Position numbers and translations under genes: made by a program. Positions 21,269 through 30,400 of a stretch of 64,000 bases of DNA are shown piece after piece. The number at the start of each line of letters is the position of its first letter. Positions within the stretch are counted from its first letter, which is position 1. Under the pieces are notes generated by a model. That model was not told where the DNA came from. It saw only the letters and a program-made list of their open reading frames with translations, and ran no database searches. Source of the stretch: Candidatus Levyibacteriota bacterium (lineage in GTDB: Bacteria; Patescibacteriota; Microgenomatia; Levybacterales; UBA12049); contig PLZJ01000002.1 of the NCBI GenBank assembly GCA_003152105.1, positions 172,257-236,256 of the forward strand, read 5' to 3'.

Positions 21269-22348
21269 ATGTCCAAGCCCACACCAATAATTTCTGATAT
21301 TATACATTCTGCAAAAAAACGTGGATATATAACGCAAGATGAAATTTTAGGTATATTTTCAAAGCCAGAAGAGCATATTCTAGAACTTGATGAGTTATAT
21401 TCAAAGCTTCTTAAATTAGATATCGATGTATTCGAAACTGTTGCACAAGGTCAGGAAGAACAAAAACCCATTGAGCAACTTGAAAAGGAATTAGAAGCTC
21501 TTACTGTTTTAACCGAAGGCACAGTATCAGATCCGGTCAGAATGTACTTAAAAGAAATCGGAAGGATACCCCTGTTAACTTTTGATCAAGAAATCTCCCT
21601 AGCTAAAAGAGTAGAAAAAGGAGATGACGAAGCAAAAAAAATATTAATAAATTCTAACCTTAGATTAGTAGTATCTATTGCTAAAAAATATGTAGGAAGA
21701 GGTTTAACTTTGCTAGATTTAATTCAAGAAGGAAATCAAGGATTAATTCGAGCAGTAGAAAAGTATGATTGGAGAAGAGGATATAAATTTTCAACCTACG
21801 CCACTTGGTGGATTCGTCAAAGTATCACTCGTGCTATTGCAGATCAGGCAAGAACCATACGTATTCCAGTACATATGGTAGAAAATATCAACCGTTTTTT
21901 AAGAGCTTCTAGAAAATTAATGCAAGAACTTGGAAGAGAGCCTACGCCTGAAGAAGTTGCAAAAGTATTAAATATTGATCCCGATAAAGCTCTAGAGATA
22001 ATCAAAATATCCCAAGAACCTGCTAGTTTAGAGTCTCCGGTGGGAGATGAAGAGGACAGTAGATTAGGAGATTTCATTCATGATTCTTCAGCGCCTACAT
22101 TATTTGACTCGGCTTCAAGAGAATTACTTAAGGAACAGGTTGAGCAAGTATTGGAAACCTTGTCGGACAGAGAAAGAAGAGTTTTAGAAGAAAGATTTGG
22201 ATTAAAAGATGGGAGACCAAAGACTCTCGAAGAAGTAGGTAGAATGTTTGCTGTTACTAGAGAGCGCATAAGACAAATTGAGGCTAAAGCACTGCGAAAA
22301 CTTCGACATCCTTCTAGGGGTAATAAGCTCAAGGATTATCTTGGATAA
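21269..22348 (+). CDS. rpoD: Primary sigma factor
   Basis: [25 protein letters not shown] and [10 protein letters not shown] motifs. Confidence 0.98.
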   Translation: MSKPTPIISDIIHSAKKRGYITQDEILGIFSKPEEHILELDELYSKLLKLDIDVFETVAQGQEEQKPIEQLEKELEALTVLTEGTVSDPVRMYLKEIGRIPLLTFDQEISLAKRVEKGDDEAKKILINSNLRLVVSIAKKYVGRGLTLLDLIQEGNQGLIRAVEKYDWRRGYKFSTYATWWIRQSITRAIADQARTIRIPVHMVENINRFLRASRKLMQELGREPTPEEVAKVLNIDPDKALEIIKISQEPASLESPVGDEEDSRLGDFIHDSSAPTLFDSASRELLKEQVEQVLETLSDRERRVLEERFGLKDGRPKTLEEVGRMFAVTRERIRQIEAKALRKLRHPSRGNKLKDYLG

Positions 22349-22422
22349 ACTTTTTACAACTTCCTTAATTTTAACTCTAAATGTAGATTTATAGCTAATT
22401 TGATGTTATAATTTTCTCACAT

Positions 22423-22494
22423 TCCGCGATAGCTCAACGGTAGAGCAGGAAACTGTTAATTTCAAGGTTCTAGGTTCGAATCCTAGTCGCGGAG
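22423..22494 (+). tRNA. tRNA-Asn(GTT), CCA not encoded; integration target
   Basis: Acceptor TCCGCGA/TCGCGGA, D arm GCTC/GAGC, anticodon loop CTGTTAA (one G-A mismatch in the stem), T arm CTAGG-TTCGAAT-CCTAG. Confidence 0.95.
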
Positions 22495-24117
22495 CAGATC
22501 AGGACAAACAAGCTGCAAAGTCTCTGTTTGGGTCTTTAAGTCAATAATTCCTCGCTGTTCGAAATTCAAAAGTACTGGTTCCACATCGGCAATTGTTTTA
22601 TCCCTGTTTGATATATCTGCAAGTTTCTTCAGAATGGTAAACACTGGTGTAAATTCGAAATAAAGCTTACCGTCTCTAAAAGTTAAAGATTTAAAGATGT
22701 CATTAAGCATAACTCTTTTTTCTTCAATACCTTTTGTATATAGGTATCGTTCTTTAGCACTTTGTGATAGTTCATAAAAAGTAATCGTCTTCTCAAGATA
22801 TTTAGTATCTGCATTAGCATGTTTACCTAGCTCTTCTAGGATTCCTTCTCTCTCATCAGTATATTTTCTAAACTTTGCGTCATAAAATTCTTGGGAAATT
22901 TTTCCATCAACCTTATCATCATAAAGCCTATCTAGTCGTGTTTTAACAACTTCATGCTGCTTTGTTAGCTCATTTACAGCAGTTGAATAGTAATGTGATT
23001 CATCTTCATGTCCTTCCTTTAAGGCTTTGTGTATCCATGTTTGAATACGCTTATTCTTAACTTCAAGTTCTTCAAGTACCTGTGCAAGCTCTATTTCGAT
23101 ATCAAACTCTTTTGCCCAAGTAGACTGTGAGCATGCCTTAAAGTGGTGACAATGGCCATAAATGATGTTTTTATGTATTTCCCAAGTAATTGTGCCACTA
23201 CACTCCCCACATTTAATAAGTTTGTTAAACAAAAAGAAGTGCTTGCTGTATACTGGTCCTCCTTTACCTTTCAATCTTCTTTGAACTCTTTCAAACAAAT
23301 CTTTATCAATAAGACATTCATGTTCACCTTGAGTAATAATTCCATTCCATCTATTCTTGCCTATATAAAAAGGGTTTTGCAGTAATTCATGGATCCTGCT
23401 CATTACTATTTTATGACCGTGTCTATTGCGAAGTCCTTCTTTTGCCATTTTTGCTGTTAATTGTTTTACTGAGTAATTTCCGCTGGCATAATACTCAAAC
23501 ATTTTTATAGCTAATGGAGCTTTCTCTTCATCAATAACATGAATCTTATGTCCTTTATCTCCAGTTGTAATGTATCCTACAGGTGGGGTTGTAGGTAGCC
23601 ATCCTTGTGCTAATTTTTCTTTCTGCCCCTTTTTGACTTCTTCAGAAAGGTTATCAATATAGTATTGTGCTACTGATACTTTAATATTCCATATAAACTT
23701 TTCATTTGATTTAGAATCCCTACTTAAAACAACATTTTCTTTTACAAAATGAATTTGATGGTTTGGGTTTTCATTTAACCAGTCATTCATGTCCGTTGCA
23801 TCTCTAAGATTTCTTGTTAGTCTATCAACTTTTTCGCACAGTAGAATCTCTATTTTGTGTTCTTTAACGTAAGAAAGCATGTTTAAAAAGAAATTTCTTT
23901 GCTTTTTGCCACTTGCTGATTCTGAGATTGAAAATAACTTAATTTCTTTAGGATTATATCCTTGCTTTAGAGCATACTCATTGAGAAGTTTTTCTTGAGC
24001 GGGGAGTGAATAGCCATCAACTTCCTGTTCGCGAGAACTAACCCTACAGAATATTACAATCTTTATTTTCATATTATTTCCCATTTTTATTTTCTCCTTT
24101 CGTGCTAAAGTCGTCAA
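22483..24117 (-). CDS. Large serine recombinase (resolvase, recombinase, zinc-ribbon and coiled-coil domains); likely start near 24072-24084
   Basis: FCRVSSREQ catalytic Ser, DRLTRN, CGEC...CHHFKAC. The last codons and stop (LRD*) lie in the tRNA 3' end. Confidence 0.95.
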   Translation of the reverse strand: MTTLARKEKIKMGNNMKIKIVIFCRVSSREQEVDGYSLPAQEKLLNEYALKQGYNPKEIKLFSISESASGKKQRNFFLNMLSYVKEHKIEILLCEKVDRLTRNLRDATDMNDWLNENPNHQIHFVKENVVLSRDSKSNEKFIWNIKVSVAQYYIDNLSEEVKKGQKEKLAQGWLPTTPPVGYITTGDKGHKIHVIDEEKAPLAIKMFEYYASGNYSVKQLTAKMAKEGLRNRHGHKIVMSRIHELLQNPFYIGKNRWNGIITQGEHECLIDKDLFERVQRRLKGKGGPVYSKHFFLFNKLIKCGECSGTITWEIHKNIIYGHCHHFKACSQSTWAKEFDIEIELAQVLEELEVKNKRIQTWIHKALKEGHEDESHYYSTAVNELTKQHEVVKTRLDRLYDDKVDGKISQEFYDAKFRKYTDEREGILEELGKHANADTKYLEKTITFYELSQSAKERYLYTKGIEEKRVMLNDIFKSLTFRDGKLYFEFTPVFTILKKLADISNRDKTIADVEPVLLNFEQRGIIDLKTQTETLQLVCPDLLRD

Positions 24118-24325
24118 TACTAGGGGTAGGAGGAGTTTCGAACTTTAATAAAGTTCCATAGAAGGAAACAAGGAAATATGCAAAGTCTTTTAACTCTTTT
24201 GATTTTAATGAAATACTAAATTCTTCTTTTAGTATTACACCAAGTTCTTCAATTGTTGAATCTTTTAGTTTCATAATTATTTTTTTAGCCACAAACCCTT
24301 TTCTAAAAACGTTTTGAATGCCCAT
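24074..24325 (-). CDS. Small protein directly upstream of the recombinase (likely start MKLKDSTIEEL)
   Basis: Overlaps the recombinase start; helical charged sequence. Function unknown. Confidence 0.55.
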   Translation of the reverse strand: MGIQNVFRKGFVAKKIIMKLKDSTIEELGVILKEEFSISLKSKELKDFAYFLVSFYGTLLKFETPPTPSIDDFSTKGENKNGK

Positions 24326-24723
24326 TTCAGATCTTCAGGATTTTTTGTTGTTATCTGATTATCAATGACTTCAGTTTTTCCATTAGGTTTATTAAACTTT
24401 CCGTACACAACTTTGAAAGTAACTAAAACATTAAATCTAGATTTTGATTTGAGGCTAGAATTTATGATTTTCTTGATTTTTCTAAGACTTGGGCGTACTT
24501 GTCTCTTTCCACTTTTTTCGTGATAGGTAATTGAAATTTTCGGAGTTAATAAATTAAAAAACTGATTGTGTGTATTTTTTATCCCTATTGAATAATTACC
24601 TATATAGTTAAGAATATATTTAACAATAACTATATTGTTATTGTTTCTATCTAATAAAAGGTTAGTATTTAAAGTTACTATTAAATGGTTATTAATATAC
24701 TTATTAGAAGGGGAGATTATCAT
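24277..24723 (-). CDS. Hypothetical protein (element backbone)
   Basis: ORF in a tightly packed minus-strand operon. Confidence 0.5.
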   Translation of the reverse strand: MIISPSNKYINNHLIVTLNTNLLLDRNNNNIVIVKYILNYIGNYSIGIKNTHNQFFNLLTPKISITYHEKSGKRQVRPSLRKIKKIINSSLKSKSRFNVLVTFKVVYGKFNKPNGKTEVIDNQITTKNPEDLKWAFKTFLEKGLWLKK

Positions 24724-25054
24724 AATCTATTTCCTCCTCTCCAGTTTTAATATCTAGTAATTTTTCTTTTATTTCGTCAGTAATTTTTGAAGTCATTACT
24801 TTATATGAGTCTTTGTTGGGGAAATAAACTGCTTTAATATATTTAAATGAAATTTTATATGCAGGGAGATCAAAGACAAGGACACGGCCATTACCAAAAT
24901 CTTTATATTTTATTACGCAACCTTTTATTATTAAAATACCAAAATCAAGTTTTGCAAACGCTACTATTGGATCTTTATCAGGTACAATAGTTATATAGGC
25001 ATTTATAAGTTTACCTTCATAAAGTAATTCAAGTTTAATTTCTATATTTTTCAT
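24704..25054 (-). CDS. SpoVG-like nucleic-acid-binding protein with SSB-like acidic tail
   Basis: AFAKLDFG.LIIKG.VI...VFDLP resembles SpoVG; ends IDYDNLPF. Confidence 0.5.
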   Translation of the reverse strand: MKNIEIKLELLYEGKLINAYITIVPDKDPIVAFAKLDFGILIIKGCVIKYKDFGNGRVLVFDLPAYKISFKYIKAVYFPNKDSYKVMTSKITDEIKEKLLDIKTGEEEIDYDNLPF

Positions 25055-25055
25055 A

Positions 25056-25328
25056 TTAATTGTTGTTGTATAGTCGATCTTTTAGGCTTTTTATTGCCTC
25101 TAAGAGTTTTCTTGCATCAACCATTGTTCTTGCGTCTTGATCAGGGGCAAAATTAAATATCTGGGTTAAATCTTCACAGGTTGAGGCATCTGCAAAGATA
25201 AAGGTAGATTTATTACTTGAGTCGCTTTTTTCTATACCCTTCAATGTCACACCTTTTGCATACAAAAATGCCGAAAGGTTAAGAGAAGAGGTTTTATATA
25301 TATTCTTGTTATTTTTATCTGTTTTCAT
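25056..25328 (-). CDS. DUF5659-like protein
   Basis: IYKTSSLNLSAFLYAKG...TFIF pattern recalled from CPR/phage elements. Confidence 0.55.
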   Translation of the reverse strand: MKTDKNNKNIYKTSSLNLSAFLYAKGVTLKGIEKSDSSNKSTFIFADASTCEDLTQIFNFAPDQDARTMVDARKLLEAIKSLKDRLYNNN

Positions 25329-25394
25329 ATTTTTTAAATTGTAAGTTAAAAGAGGAAAAAGGGAAAAGACAGTTAATGTGGGCTTTTATGTGTC

Positions 25395-26147
25395 CTAAAG
25401 ATCGACTTCTTGCAGCTCAGATATATCTTGGGGCTTAAGAGTAGCTACAAAATTGGTAAAATTATTAAAAGCGGTAAGTATTTCTTCTTGTAATTTAGTG
25501 TTTTTAGTGAGTTTTTTATTTAAACTTTTCTGATATCTATGAAAATACTTATTGAGATCACTTTCACTATGCGTTTTCCCACTTTCAGTACTAAGATTAT
25601 CAGCTATGTCCTTAAAAGAATCTCCTTGTAGTCTTAAGTTATTAAGTTTTCTTCTAAATCTGATATTCTTAGTTTTAAGTACACGATTTTTAGGAAGAAA
25701 GGTAAAAAAGTATTGCAGCTCAGATTTATAATTATCTAGAATTTTACTTAACTCTTTTAAAGAAACATACTCTGATACTGTGATAATAATTTTCTTTGTT
25801 ATATCGCCTTTTATTCCAGTTTCATTTTTTGTTTCTAGACCAATAGTTACCTTTGGTCCATTAGTTAATGGAGATGGAATTGCAACACCATGTTTTATTA
25901 TATACTTGAAAGTAAAAGCCCAATGGCTGGGTAAGTTATAAATCTTAGTAAGAAAAATCGAAGCACCTTCTACAATTAAGTCTTTTGCCTCAATTGAAGT
26001 AGCTTTAGCTGTGTTTTTTCTTGCAACAACAACAAATTCTTCAAAAAAAGGATCATCTGATAAAATGGTTATAAACTTTTTTACATGTTTCTTGAATTTC
26101 TTTTTCTCTCCATTCTTATCCTTAAGTGAAGAAATTTTTATTTTCAT
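25395..26147 (-). CDS. Hypothetical protein, possible C-terminal HTH regulator
   Basis: LRLQGDSFKDIADNL is HTH-like. Confidence 0.45.
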   Translation of the reverse strand: MKIKISSLKDKNGEKKKFKKHVKKFITILSDDPFFEEFVVVARKNTAKATSIEAKDLIVEGASIFLTKIYNLPSHWAFTFKYIIKHGVAIPSPLTNGPKVTIGLETKNETGIKGDITKKIIITVSEYVSLKELSKILDNYKSELQYFFTFLPKNRVLKTKNIRFRRKLNNLRLQGDSFKDIADNLSTESGKTHSESDLNKYFHRYQKSLNKKLTKNTKLQEEILTAFNNFTNFVATLKPQDISELQEVDL

Positions 26148-26287
26148 CTTTATATTGATCTTTTCTACCAGATTATAACATTAAACATAGCTATATTTAT
26201 GAATACCAATACAGATTAAATATAAAACTTATATAACTATTATTGATTTTAGTTACTCTTTAGCGGTACAATTCAAATACAATTTGG

Positions 26288-26425
26288 TTTGCCTAAACTT
26301 AAGTATTTAAATACTGAGCATGGCATAAGAAGTCTTTCGGAGCAGTAAGCTGTTGTCAGATGCTCCGAAAGCTAGTATCCGAAAGGGTGCTATTTGGGGA
26401 AACCCATTGCTGGCAGCAGCTTATT
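26288..26425 (+). ncRNA. Candidate structured RNA or leader
   Basis: 13-bp helix 26347-59/26410-22 with two G-U pairs, enclosing two GAAA-tetraloop hairpins (26373-92, 26395-406); competing 11-bp inverted repeat 26334-44/26361-71. Confidence 0.45.
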
Positions 26426-27105
26426 TTGTGAAATATTTAAATTTTAAACAAGCTTCATTCCAGCTCATAGCGGCCAGCGCCCTCGCTGCAATCCTGATTC
26501 TTGCTTACAACAATCAATCAAAGATTCAAGCAGTTCTTGGTATTTCAACTAATAAGACAACTCCAAATGCAGGAATAAACCCAAAAGAATTTGCCTACCC
26601 TACTATTAATCCGTTGCCTTCAACTGTACCAACTTATGAAATTAAGTCAAATGACCCAAACGTACAATGTAATTTATATGCTTGCGGAACAATAAGTATG
26701 TCTTCTAGTCAATGTAAGCTTTCTGGTTGTTGCACAATCGGTAATCAGAATGTTGTCATGACAGATCAAAATAAATGTACTCAAGAGCAGCAAGCATATG
26801 CCTCAACACATCAGCAGCAATCTATTCAACAACCAAATTACCCAGTTAGCAATATGAATCCATATAATAACTGCATGAACCAAGAACAAGAAATTGAAAA
26901 CACTTGTAATAGTAGCTGTTCTTCTGAGGAATCAACCGAAACAAGCTTATGTCAAAACGAATATGGATACCATGCTGTATACCAAAATTCTGATTCTTAC
27001 AGTTCATGCTTAAATGATGCAACTACAAAGAATGAGTCTTGTCTGAACAATTGCACTTCTACTTATCAAAATGGAATACAAAGTTGCTTGCAGCTATCGA
27101 AATAA
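26353..27105 (+). CDS. Membrane-anchored Cys-rich protein (likely start GTG 26428)
   Basis: Signal anchor, then many Cys in CxxxC spacing. Confidence 0.6.
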   Translation: MSDAPKASIRKGAIWGNPLLAAAYFVKYLNFKQASFQLIAASALAAILILAYNNQSKIQAVLGISTNKTTPNAGINPKEFAYPTINPLPSTVPTYEIKSNDPNVQCNLYACGTISMSSSQCKLSGCCTIGNQNVVMTDQNKCTQEQQAYASTHQQQSIQQPNYPVSNMNPYNNCMNQEQEIENTCNSSCSSEESTETSLCQNEYGYHAVYQNSDSYSSCLNDATTKNESCLNNCTSTYQNGIQSCLQLSK

Positions 27106-27220
27106 ATCAATTAGTAGAATTAGCTAGAAATAATACTTTAGTTTTTAGGTAACTTTACTTTCTTGTCATAAACAACTGATGGTTACATAATTCAACTGAT
27201 CAGCTTATTTAAAAACAAAT

Positions 27221-27763
27221 ATGTCAGGATTATTTGCTCTCTTGTTTCTTGCCTCAATCGTTGCTTTCCTAATCAGTATGGTAAAGCCCTCATTGTTTTC
27301 TAAAATCTCGATTACAAGACGGAAAAATGCCGCATTATTATTTGGTGGACTTACTTTTCTATTTTTAATTTTAGGAGGTGCAACAGCGCCCCAACCTTCA
27401 ACTACAGCAGTAAAGGGAGCTTCAGTTGCAGAATCACCAACAGTAATTCCAACTGTAAAACCTACAAAAATACCAACTCCAACAATAGTTCCTACTAAAA
27501 TTGTAAAACCAACATTATATATTCAGCCAACTACTCAACAGCAAACAAATGTTGTTACTCCACAAACACAGGGTTCATCAGGATTAAGCAATAACAATTA
27601 CTACACTAATTCAAGCGGCAATCAAGTTCACTCGCCAGCGTACTCAAACAATGGACAAGCACCGGCTGGTGCAACAGCACAATGCGCAGATGGAACCTAT
27701 TCTTTTTCACAACATCATCAGGGCACATGTAGTGGACATGGTGGCGTTGCTAGTTGGTTATAA
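27221..27763 (+). CDS. DUF3761-domain membrane protein with Pro/Thr linker
   Basis: ATAQCADGTYSFSQHHQGTCSGHGGVASWL C-terminus. Confidence 0.85.
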   Translation: MSGLFALLFLASIVAFLISMVKPSLFSKISITRRKNAALLFGGLTFLFLILGGATAPQPSTTAVKGASVAESPTVIPTVKPTKIPTPTIVPTKIVKPTLYIQPTTQQQTNVVTPQTQGSSGLSNNNYYTNSSGNQVHSPAYSNNGQAPAGATAQCADGTYSFSQHHQGTCSGHGGVASWL

Positions 27764-27808
27764 TCTTCAAAATCCAAAAATTGATCTCATATATTGTATA
27801 ATATACGT

Positions 27809-28321
27809 ATGTGGGAAGATGATGAATCAGAAGTTGCTTATTACGACGTAGATCAAGTTTGCTTGAATGGACATGTAATTAACGACCGTTACAATGAATC
27901 TCCTCAAAATAATAAAAAACATTGTCCTGAATGCGGAGAGCTAACTATAACTCAATGCATTAATTGTCATGCCGATATTCCTGGGTATTATAACTCAACA
28001 AAAGTCGCAGCGCTTTATACTGAACCAGCTCCTTCATATTGTCATAACTGTGGTAAACCTTATCCCTGGACTGAAAATAAGTTGAAAGCTGCAAAAGAAC
28101 TAATTGAACTTCAAGAACAATGGCAAAAGTTAGGCAAAGAAGAACAAGCAAGTATCGAAAAAAGTCTTGCAGATATTACAAAAGATACACCTCAAGCAAC
28201 AGTAGGAGCAACTCGACTTAATAAATTATTAGTTAAAATCGGCAGTGGCGCAGGAGATGCTTTAAAACAGATATTTGTTGATGTAGCAAGTGAAACAGCA
28301 AAAAAAGTTTTATTGGGATAG
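27809..28321 (+). CDS. DUF2321-domain protein
   Basis: QVCLNGH, CPECG, C..C and PSYCHNCGKPYPWT motifs. Start re-called from TATAAT at 27797-27802. Confidence 0.8.
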   Translation: MWEDDESEVAYYDVDQVCLNGHVINDRYNESPQNNKKHCPECGELTITQCINCHADIPGYYNSTKVAALYTEPAPSYCHNCGKPYPWTENKLKAAKELIELQEQWQKLGKEEQASIEKSLADITKDTPQATVGATRLNKLLVKIGSGAGDALKQIFVDVASETAKKVLLG

Positions 28322-28326
28322 TAAAG

Positions 28327-29073
28327 ATGAATAAAACATGGAAAGATTTCCTACCACCTCCTGAAATATTAATTGAATTGGAACCTGAATCCATAGCTCC
28401 TAATTTACTACTTTATCTCAATGACTTTGTATCTCATGATAACCAAGGTAATAAACTTCATATTAGCCATCACATAAATGAAGGTAATTCTTTACTTAGA
28501 GATTATGCTGGTACTCATCTCAAGCAGGTATTGTTAGTACTAGCAGAGGCATGGGGTTGGTTAATTCAGCAAAATTTTTTATGTCCATATCCTAATGATT
28601 CAAGTTCAAATGGATGGCTATTTATTTCCAGACGAGGAACAACAATTCAAACTTCTGATGATTTTAAAAAATATGCACATATAAGTCTATTACCACGTAA
28701 TGTGTTGGATACGGAGTTAAATAAAAAAGTATGGCCATCCTTTATTGACGGGGATTTTGATACTGCGATATTTGCAGCATTTAAAGAAGTTGAAGTTAGG
28801 ATGAGAAACGTTGCTGGATTAGATGCAACTCATATTGGTGTTAATTTGGCACGAGAAGTATTCCATCCCGAAAGTGGTCAATTAACTGATAAAATCAGCC
28901 CTGATAAAGGAGAAAAGGTAGCATATATGGAGTTATTTGCAGGTTCGATTGGTGTATTTAAAAATCCAGGCAGTCATCGACCAGTAAACTATGATGATCC
29001 AATAATAGTCGTAAGTTTAATACTTTTTGCCAACACATTGTTGCAAATAATTGAAAAAAGGAAATCTGTCTAG
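28327..29073 (+). CDS. TIGR02391/Ymh family protein
   Basis: AIFAAFKEVEVRMR and LFAGSIGVFKNPGSHR motifs. Confidence 0.85.
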   Translation: MNKTWKDFLPPPEILIELEPESIAPNLLLYLNDFVSHDNQGNKLHISHHINEGNSLLRDYAGTHLKQVLLVLAEAWGWLIQQNFLCPYPNDSSSNGWLFISRRGTTIQTSDDFKKYAHISLLPRNVLDTELNKKVWPSFIDGDFDTAIFAAFKEVEVRMRNVAGLDATHIGVNLAREVFHPESGQLTDKISPDKGEKVAYMELFAGSIGVFKNPGSHRPVNYDDPIIVVSLILFANTLLQIIEKRKSV

Positions 29074-29452
29074 TTTAATTTAGTTATTTATATATAACTT
29101 TCTCATTTTCTTGTTCTCAGCGCCCTTGCACAATCTCCCAAAAAAGAAAAAATGGGGGCAAAAATTTATCAATTACACTTCTATATTCAAATCGTAGAAA
29201 TTGGGGTATAGACCACTTCTAACTGTTCGTAGAAGTCGATCTCAAGATAGTGGGGAGTCCTCAAGTATCCAGGTATATAGGGAGGGTATGCAGCAATTAC
29301 ACAAATGTATAAATTCAGAAACTAAAATAAATAATAATTAGTCATGCGGCGAGGACGCTGGCAATTGTGGATTCTAGCATATTTCTATATTGATATTAGT
29401 GAATGAATTGAATTGAATAAGTAATTATTATTGACAATGGTATAATCCAAAC

Positions 29453-30115
29453 ATGCAATTCTTGTCTACAGATATTAAGCCAATAAAATTTGACCAAATA
29501 AAAGAAACATACATTTTTTACCTTAAAGAAAATTTTATTTTAATGAGTCAAATTAAAAGAAGAGGTGATAATAACTTTGCGGCGTTTGATCCTAATAAGT
29601 CTGAAAAACTTTTTAAAGGAAGGGCACTTCACATACAATTAATGTCTTTAATTGGTATCACAGCAGAACATTTAGTTAAATTAATAATTTCTAAAAGAGG
29701 GTATACTCTTAATAAAATTTCATATGTAAAAGATGATGCCAATTCTTCAATGCCTACAATAATCTACTCATCTATGTTAATAGGATTTAAGGAGTCAGTG
29801 AAACTTTTAACTCAATCAAATACAAATAATTATTTTATCAAACTGAAACCTTATCAGTTAAATCCTTTTCCCAAAGCATACGATAGAGATGTATATTTTA
29901 ATCGTAAAAAGATTAATCCAGGAGAATGCTTAAATCTTTTAGTTGAAGTTAGAAATAGTTATCTACATGATCCAACGCCAAAAAATGAACAAAATGGAGT
30001 AATTTGGTATCTTTATGATTTTATTCTATGGCTAGCTAAAAAAGAATTTTCAGGAGAATTCAAAAATCAAAAGTATATTGGAAATGATGAAATTAAAAAA
30101 ATCTATAGCGCATAG
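29453..30115 (+). CDS. Putative HEPN-domain protein
   Basis: AEHLVK N-terminal motif and RNSYLH (Rx4H). Confidence 0.45.
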   Translation: MQFLSTDIKPIKFDQIKETYIFYLKENFILMSQIKRRGDNNFAAFDPNKSEKLFKGRALHIQLMSLIGITAEHLVKLIISKRGYTLNKISYVKDDANSSMPTIIYSSMLIGFKESVKLLTQSNTNNYFIKLKPYQLNPFPKAYDRDVYFNRKKINPGECLNLLVEVRNSYLHDPTPKNEQNGVIWYLYDFILWLAKKEFSGEFKNQKYIGNDEIKKIYSA

Positions 30116-30138
30116 TAAGTAGATGGTATAATATAGGT

Positions 30139-30351
30139 ATGCAAATTACCAAAAGAAAAACTACTGTTACTGGTGGGATTTATCATGGAGAAAAATATGG
30201 ATGGCACTATTATTTTGGCCATGCATTAAGTGGTAAATTCTTTTCGAGACATCAAGCAGAAAAAGCATTGAAAGCTCAATTCGATCAAGCAACTGAACAA
30301 TTCGGAAAAAATTGGGAAGTAGCTATTAATAGGAAAGACTTAGACAATTAG
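30139..30351 (+). CDS. Small hypothetical protein
   Basis: TGGTATAAT 6 nt before the ATG; ends just before the first repeat. Confidence 0.55.
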   Translation: MQITKRKTTVTGGIYHGEKYGWHYYFGHALSGKFFSRHQAEKALKAQFDQATEQFGKNWEVAINRKDLDN

Positions 30352-30400
30352 TCATGTTTCTAACATCCTCTACTCCTGCGAGCTTTTATTTGGATACTTA

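Larger units (their letters stand above)
22492..30383. mobile_element. Integrated serine-recombinase element, ~7.9 kb; attL at the tRNA 3' GAGC, putative attR at 30357-30383
   Basis: The recombinase abuts the tRNA and the first repeat ends in the same GAGC core. Joining the two ends extends the recombinase ORF in frame. Confidence 0.75.

Noticed and set aside
22483-30383. Prophage or conjugative element
   Set aside because: No structural, terminase, relaxase or T4SS genes are recognisable.
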